Source of the DNA: the human T2T-CHM13v2.0 reference genome, Homo sapiens
Assembly: GCF_009914755.1 (NCBI RefSeq)
Contig: NC_060935.1
DNA: 64,000 nucleotides
Reading direction: 5' to 3' (one strand)
The notes beneath the pieces were generated by a model. The model was given only the letters and a program-made list of their open reading frames with translations. It was not told the DNA's origin and did not search any database. Position numbers and translations under genes: made by a program. Each line of letters begins with the position of its first letter. Position 1 is the first letter of the stretch. This document shows positions 56,040 to 64,000 of this stretch, piece after piece.

Positions 56040-57120
56040 TTCCTTTCCACACTGTGGTTATCTCATTCATTCACAAGACTTAAATCTATAGTTGATGATT
56101 TTCCAATGTATGTCTCCCACAGTGACCTCTCTCTGATCTAGATCAATATATCCAGCTGCCTACTTGACATTGCAAGTAGATTGACATTATCTACTTGCAA
56201 TCTAATGTCTTAAATTGCACCTTGGACATTTCCACCTAGACTTGCTACTCCTCCAGCATGGCTTTTCTCACTGGGAGGCAGGTTCATCCACCAGATGAAT
56301 GGTCCAAGCCATTCATCTGGGAGTAATCTTTAACACCTACCTCTCCCTCATGTCTACATCCGATAAAATTTCAGGCTCCCAAAGTAGATCTAGATCTAGG
56401 TTCCCTCCTCTTCTCCCGACTCCCACTGCCACCACCATCTCTCATGTGGAGATCATATGACCTCCTCGTGGTAGCCCCATGTTTACTTTTGCTTCTCTTT
56501 TTAGATAGTAGCCATAGAAGTATTTAAAACCATTATTCAGACCATAGTACTGATTTAAAAGCCTTTAATGATTTATCTTACAGTTGGGAAGAAATTCGAA
56601 ATGCTTACCACGACCTGCTGGCCCCATGTGATTGGACTTCCTGCCACTCTCTTGCCTCCTCGCACTCCACTCTGCTTCTTCACTGTTTCAGCTATGCTAG
56701 CCTCCTTGTAGTTCTTCAGACACCCCATCCTCCTCTGACCTTGTGGGTTTTGCATCCCCTGTTTTTCAGAGAAGGCCCTTGGCCCATCTCTTCTCTTAGG
56801 TAACTGACAACTCACTGATCCATTAAGCCTCAGCTGAAATGTTCATTCCTCTGGAAGGCCTTTCCTGGTCTCCCTTTCTAAACTAGATCCTTCTTTAAAG
56901 TACACATTCGAATTTTTTTATCCCTTGTTCCTTTATCGTACTTATAATTTGTATATGTATATGTTTTTGTGCAACTATTTTGTTTAGCATCTCTGCCCTC
57001 ATTCTTACCCCAACATGTGCACACACATACACACCCAACTCTGTTGTTTACCATTGCATCTCCAGAGCCTAGCGTAGAGCTTGGTCCATAGAACACAGTA
57101 GGTCTTTGTTTAATTAATAT
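56040..57120 (+). mobile_element. L2 3' region
   Basis: 'atatccagctgcctacttgacat', 'cctccttgtagttcttc', 'ctcagctgaaatgtt…ggaaggccttt', 'ttgtttaccattgcatctccagagccta'. Confidence 0.75.
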
Positions 57121-57465
57121 GTTCAAGGCTGTGAGGAAGAGACAAACATGGGCTGGGAGAGTTCAAAGGAGTTGAACCACCTCTGAATGGTGGTTCAGGC
57201 AAGGCTTCAAGGAAGATAAAGCATTTGGTGAAAGATTTGAAAATTGGGTGGAATGAAAAAGGCAGAGGGGAGTGGCACTGAAGGAGTGGGTGGAGGGAGG
57301 GGCTTTCCAGGTAGCTGGACAAGCTGGCTGGAGAAAGCTGGGTGGTGTCTGAGAAACGATGAGTAACCGGGGTGTCTGGAATACAGGGCTTGTGGAGGGA
57401 AGAGGGCCAGAAAGGGCCTTACAAAAAGTAGCTTTTGGACCTATTCTTGAATCTCCAGGAGGTGA

Positions 57466-58186
57466 TGATAGCAGGAGGAAGCAGACAAATCCCTAGGCAG
57501 ATATTTCCCCAGTGAAACCTGACCTCCAAACCAAAGATAGTTTAAAGCTTGAAAGCCAAGCTACTAGTCTCAGATAAATCCACAGACCAGAAAAGAACCT
57601 CTCTTCCCATTTGGCACACTTTCCTCTGATTGATTCCCACCCATCACCTATTTTACAAGTACCTATCTTTCCCTAATTGGTTTTTTACACTGTTGTGCCC
57701 ATCTTTGGGTGGTGCCTTAGTTTTAGCCTTTTTTGCATACTCACAAACCATTCAGCACGCACACCTGCATTCTGAGCCCATAAAAGCCCTGGACTCAGAC
57801 ACACTTCAGGGGAACCACTCACCTTTGGGTTGGGGAGACTACCCACCTAGAGTCCCCTTTCTGCTAACAGCTGTTCTGTCACTCAATAAAACTCTTCTCC
57901 ACCCTTCTCACTCTCTGGTTGTCCAAATAATCTCATTCTTCTTGGATATGGTACAAGAACTTGGGACCTGCTGGATGGCAGGTGCCAAAGGAGCTGCTGT
58001 AACACTGTAGCCATCCACCAACACTAGGCAGCCACCCTCAGCAATGGGAAGCAGCAGGAGGGCTGGAGCCATGGGGTACCTCCTGCGGTGAGCCCAGATC
58101 TGAGTGGGGCCCAGGCAGGGACAATGCAGGCTGCAGAGGTCTCTGTCTGGTGAAGCAGCACCAAGAAAAAAAAAAATCCTGCATCA
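57466..58186 (+). mobile_element. Complete ERV1 solo LTR (LTR27/LTR28/MER52-like group), 721 bp, 4-bp TSD GTGA
   Basis: TGATA…GCATCA termini; GTGA at 57462-57465 and 58187-58190; TATA-like 'cataaaa' at ~57779; AATAAA at 57885. Confidence 0.88.
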
Positions 58187-58686
58187 GTGATAGATGGCCA
58201 CGAGGCTTCCCTGAACAAAGTGACTTTTCTCTTCCTGGAGTGTAGGTACCTGGTATATTTCACAAGCATATGTTTCCTTTAATAAGCTCCCACCCATGAG
58301 TTAGGGGACAATACACCCAATACTTTTCAACCTCTTCTGCCTCCTGTCCCACCCCTGCCCCAGGCACCTGGCTGGAAGGCTTGAGCCATTCCTATTAGGA
58401 TTGGAAATGGAATGCTTCTGCTTCTGTCATGTCAATGGTTTAGTCTAGTTCCACATTAGAAAACTTGGGAATGTGGACAATTTATAGGGAAAAAGAAATT
58501 AGGACAGAATTCAAATAATTCCTCCATAGGCATTTGACTCATACTTGAATCATGTCCAGGTGTGGACCCTTTTGACTCACTGAGGCCACTAAAAAAATTC
58601 TTTCAGCTACACACATGACTTTCTGAGCCTGTGACCCTCTGTTGGAAACACATACAGGCTCCTCTATTCAATAGATTACAGTTTTA

Positions 58687-58996
<310 letters not shown>

Positions 58997-59029
58997 TTAC
59001 AGTTTTAAAGGGAGTGCTTATCATCCACT

Positions 59030-59230
59030 CTGTCAGGTGCTTTCCATGAGTTACTTCATTAGTCCTCATACCCACCTCATACTCACTCATCAGGGAAGCA
59101 ATCAGATTCATCTTCTAGATAAGAAAACTGAAGCTCAAAGAGATTAAGTAATTTGCCCAAGAGGTGAAGGCTGCTTTTGCATTGAGGTCTGTCTGGCCTA
59201 AAGCCTATACTTTCAGCAATTCTGCTATGT
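59030..59230 (-). mobile_element. MIR SINE
   Basis: 'agataagaaaactgaagctcaaagagattaagtaatttgcccaag'. Confidence 0.75.
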
Positions 59231-60497
59231 GACTTTTTCAAAGACAAGATATAGTGACTGGGTTTGGGGGAGCCATTAAGATCACTTAAAAAAAAAAAGC
59301 TTTACTTTAAAATAATTACAAATTCACAGAAAGTTGCAAAAAAAAAAAAAGTAGCCTTCATTCAATATCCCCAGTAGTAACATATTGCATAACTACAGCA
59401 CAGCATCAAAACTAGGGAATTGACATTGGTACAATCCAGAGTTTATTTAGATTTCGCCAGTTTTACTATGAGAGTATTAGGGTTACTTTTAAAGTCAAAT
59501 GAAGTTGGGAAGGGGCGGGACAAGAATTCACCTTTTGCAAGGTCCTTTGGAGTCCCGACTGCCCTAAATACTTTCACCCAAAGTCCTGGGTTACTTGAAA
59601 CAGCAGCTCTGAAGAAGGAATGAATCAACAGATATAGAAATGTCCATTTTTGCTGTCATAGGTCGCAGGAAATGCTATATTCTCAAGGGAACTCATAGAC
59701 TTGGTGTTTTTTAAATAGAGAGTGACCTGGTGAGAGTGCCTGAGTCTGCTTGTCTGGAGGCCTCTCAAATCCCTTGGGGCTACCTGAGGCCTGGCTCAGC
59801 CAAAATGCCTCTCTGCCCCCATTGTCTGTCTCCTGGCAGCTGGAGATAAGCGATAAGCCTGAGAGATGAAGCAGGATTGGAGTCTGAATCACTGCTTACC
59901 CATCAGGAGGTTTGAGGCTGTGAACCTGTCTGAATCACTGGCAGCCAACCAGGACAGTTTTATCTGGAAAAACTCTCCCCAGGACAGCCCCAGCCTGACT
60001 GAGGGAACAATGGCGGGAAATGGAGGCTCAGGCTTGGGTGTTAGGGCCCTGCCACCCACACTGCTTTGCACTGTTATTCCTGGCCAACGCAGAGATTTGC
60101 TGTCGCTCAGAGAGACACTGTGGGAAGAAGTGCAAATGAGGCTTGGAAATTAAAAGGAAGTGGTATGATGACAAAGAAAGTGATAGGAGATTGTTTTCCC
60201 AGCTTTAGAGATTTAATTATGAAAGATTCTGAGAACAGCCTCCCTGGATGTATAATGGTTGTTATCCCAGTAACTATGACAGTTCCTTGACCACCAGGCC
60301 AAATGTTGAAGCCACTTGGGGCTTAATTTTCTTGCCAAGATATTTCACTTCTGGATTTTAGAGATCCTGAAACACATGAGAAATTAGACCTTACAGTTAA
60401 GTAGACAAACATACATCACCCTTTGGTGTGGTCTTGGTCTTTGGCCCCTTTCCTTCTGTCATGTAAATCTAGTTACTCATCTTTAACCCTGGGACAG

Positions 60498-60695
60498 TGG
60501 GTGGGGGCAGAAAAAGTGTGATACCTTTCCTTCCCATAGTCAGGGCCATGGCCGATGCTCCTACAACAAAAAAAGGGTTAACAAGAGAAAAGCGTGACAG
60601 ATTTGCTTAATCAAAGTTTTATGTGATACAAGAGGATTCAGAAATGAAGACCCAAAGGCACCGTACTTTGGGGTATCGTGTTCTGAGCCCCGACA
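60498..60695 (-). mobile_element. ERV1 LTR (MER39-like) with large internal deletion
   Basis: Right end 'tttggggtatcgtgttctgagccccgaca' is the reverse complement of a MER39-type 5' end; only ~200 bp present. Confidence 0.6.
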
Positions 60696-60790
60696 GTAGG
60701 CAATCTGCTTAGATTGACAGTTTGTTCTTAGTGTGCTCAGATTGGTTTCTAGAAATGACTGGTTGTTTTACCAAATGCTCAAAAGCTCTC

Positions 60791-61193
60791 AGTTATGGTT
60801 GTGTTCCCCCAAAATTCATAGTTGAAGCCCTAAGGCCCAGTGCCTTAGAATGCGACCTTATTTGGAAATAGGGTCAGTGCAGATGTAAGCACTCAAGATC
60901 AAGTCGTACTGGAGTAGGGTGGACCCCAATCCAATATGACTAGTATCTTTAGAAAAAGAGGGAATTTGGACACAAACACACACACACACACAAACAGACA
61001 GTGTTATGTGAAGATGAAGGCTGAGTGCACGGTGATGCTTCTACAAGCCAAAGAATGTCAAAGACTGCCAGAAAACCACCAGAAGCTAGGAGAGGGGCAA
61101 CCCTGCTGACACCTTGATCTCAGACTTCTTGACTCCAGAACTGTGAGACAATAAACTTCTGTTGTTGAAACCACCGAGCTTGGTATTTTGTTA
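60791..61193 (+). mobile_element. MLT1C-type MaLR solo LTR containing (CA)n
   Basis: 'cccccaaaattcatagttgaagccctaa…gaccttatttggaaatagggtc…ctacaagccaaagaatgtcaaag…ccagaactgtgagacaataaa'. Confidence 0.9.
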
Positions 61194-61700
61194 GGGACTT
61201 AATAGAATATCTTAAAATTTTTGTTTCAGAATCTTTCTCAGAATTGATTGCAAGACCACTGGTCTACTCTCTGTGAAACCCACCTCCTTTTCACTTTTAA
61301 TATTAAATGGATCTTACCATATTTATCATCCCAAGATTTTTCTTTTCTCAATAATTCCTATAAGCAAGATCAAAACAACAAAAAATCAGTAAAATGTTTG
61401 CAAGCAATTGTGCTCAAATTAGTGCCAATTTCCTCTTTCTGAAAAACAAAAGCAAAAACAAAACAGAACTAAAGCCTGGCTGCACCCAACCTTTCTGACT
61501 GGCTCTTAGTTCAAATGGATGAGTAAATTGATGATGGCAAAATACTACCATGTTTTCAGCAGACATATTGCACCTGAACTGGGGATAAATGGCTTCTTTT
61601 TCTCAGAACTCGGGTGCATGCACAAGGAGGAGTCACACTAGAAACACTGCAGAACAACTGTTGCTGGCAGAAAGAGGACCTGAGAAAATGAAAGAAGCTA

Positions 61701-62250
<550 letters not shown>

Positions 62251-62579
62251 TCAGTTAATCTTGATGACACAGTTTCAGAAGCCTCAGAATGTCTTCTCCT
62301 GTTTTGAGGTCCCCTTGGGGCCTCCTGTCGGAGTGTAGGCTAGAGCTTGGGCAGTTGGCTGCAAGGCTCAACAGAAGGGAAAGGGAAGCGTTCATCAGGT
62401 TTCCCTCATCCCTTGCTTGGTCTTTGCAAGAGCCTCTGCCTTCCCTGCCTAAAAGTGGTTTTGTTCTAGGTGGGAGGAGAGAGAGGGTACGAGGTGTGGA
62501 GTATAGGCAGGGCAGTTTGCCGGGAGTCTGGGCCTGTATATTCCTACAAGCAGTACCAGGTTTAAAAGATCTGAGTGGG

Positions 62580-62992
<413 letters not shown>

Positions 62993-63965
62993 CTAAAGGG
63001 TACCCAGAAGGTAGGGAGGAAGAAGCAGATGGGGAGTGTCTGGGGAGCTGCCTGAGGATCCCAGATGCCAGGCACTCACCAAGTGGGGGACTGAGCTCCT
63101 TAAATGATGCCACCCCTTTGGGCCATAAATCCACTCACTGATCAAACAGGGCCCACCTTGGGGACATTCAGAAGCCCTTCTCTGTTTTCTTTCCCACCCT
63201 CATCACCTCCCCCAGAGTCACCTCAGTCTTCTGCTCCCCCTCTATTGTGCCTGGCCCCAGCTCTGTTTCAGGAAGGCATAGATTGTATCTACAGTTCCTG
63301 GGACCTCTAAGAAGAGGCTCTGGTCTTTCATAGTCTTCAGAATATGACATCCTAAAAACAAACCTTTCTCTTGCTAATATCAACTACTTCCTAGCTCAAC
63401 TTGGATGACTTGTCTTGCCGACAAAGCCTGTTTGTTTAAGCAGCCACAAAAAAACCCAGGAAGAGGTGAGAAGAAAACTGTCCTGCCACAGCAGCATAGC
63501 AGAGAAGAAACCATCTGAGTCCAGCTGCACTCTAGGGTGAAGGGGAGAACCTTGCCAGAGGGTCAGGGTGCACACTCTCGCTGAACTTTCCTGGAAGGGG
63601 ACACAAAGAGTTAAAGAAATGCATTTAAATGAGCACTGTAGCTTGAAACCAAAGCTCCCAGGCCTCTTTCAGAACCTGGAGCCAGGGAAGTGTCTATTGT
63701 CAACAAATGCCACCACCGGACCAATAGCAAGCCAGAGTGTGGCTCTGAGAGAGGGGCCTCTGGGTGTCACCAGGCAACAGGCACAAAGGAACCTGGATCA
63801 ACTGCCCAGCAGATGATGACACTGCTCCACAGCTCCACCCACTGTCCCCCAGCAGCTTCTGCTCCAGCACAGCCAGGTGGGAGAACAACACGCTCCAGAT
63901 ACTCCCAAGATCAAATGACCATCAGTCTTGGGCTGTGGGGGGAAAGCAGGTGGTACAGAAAAGGC

Positions 63966-63987
63966 TTTATTTGGAAACTTTATTACA
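63966..63987 (-). terminator. Candidate tandem polyadenylation signals
   Basis: Two AATAAA on the minus strand (63979-63984 and 63966-63971); TGTA immediately upstream; CA ~14 nt downstream. Confidence 0.4.
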
Positions 63988-64000
63988 GTTTTTTGAAAAG

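Noticed and set aside
58096-58109. 14-bp match (agatctgagtgggg) between the solo LTR and the AluYa5 target site at 62567
   Set aside because: Several 14-mer matches are expected by chance within 64 kb, and the flanks show no homology.

Overview
Human-type genomic DNA: two near-consensus AluYa5 copies indicate Homo. I see no recognisable protein-coding exon, tRNA, rRNA or CpG island. The window is intergenic or intronic and dominated by interspersed repeats: 11 Alus, two L1PA and several older L1M pieces, a 5'-truncated Tigger1, hAT MITEs (MER33, MER5A), solo LTRs (LTR16, MLT1, LTR33, LTR67-like, MER34, MER39, LTR27-like) and many MIR and L2 remnants. All long ORFs with recognisable homology come from L1 ORF2, Tigger1 transposase, Alu or simple repeats. 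I found no new gene system. The best signals are structural. (1) A fossil inversion-plus-deletion at 18.4-21.25 kb, shown by an L1MA 3' tip and its target-site duplication (TSD) lying inverted relative to the rest of the element. (2) An L1PA with an unusually long ~42-bp TSD. (3) A 270-bp cluster of perfect hairpins and palindromes with a template-switch signature. (4) Two young, co-oriented AluYa5 copies. (5) Tandem minus-strand poly(A) signals at the right edge, possibly a transcript end. Repeat subfamily calls are from remembered consensus sequences, and boundaries of old repeats are approximate.
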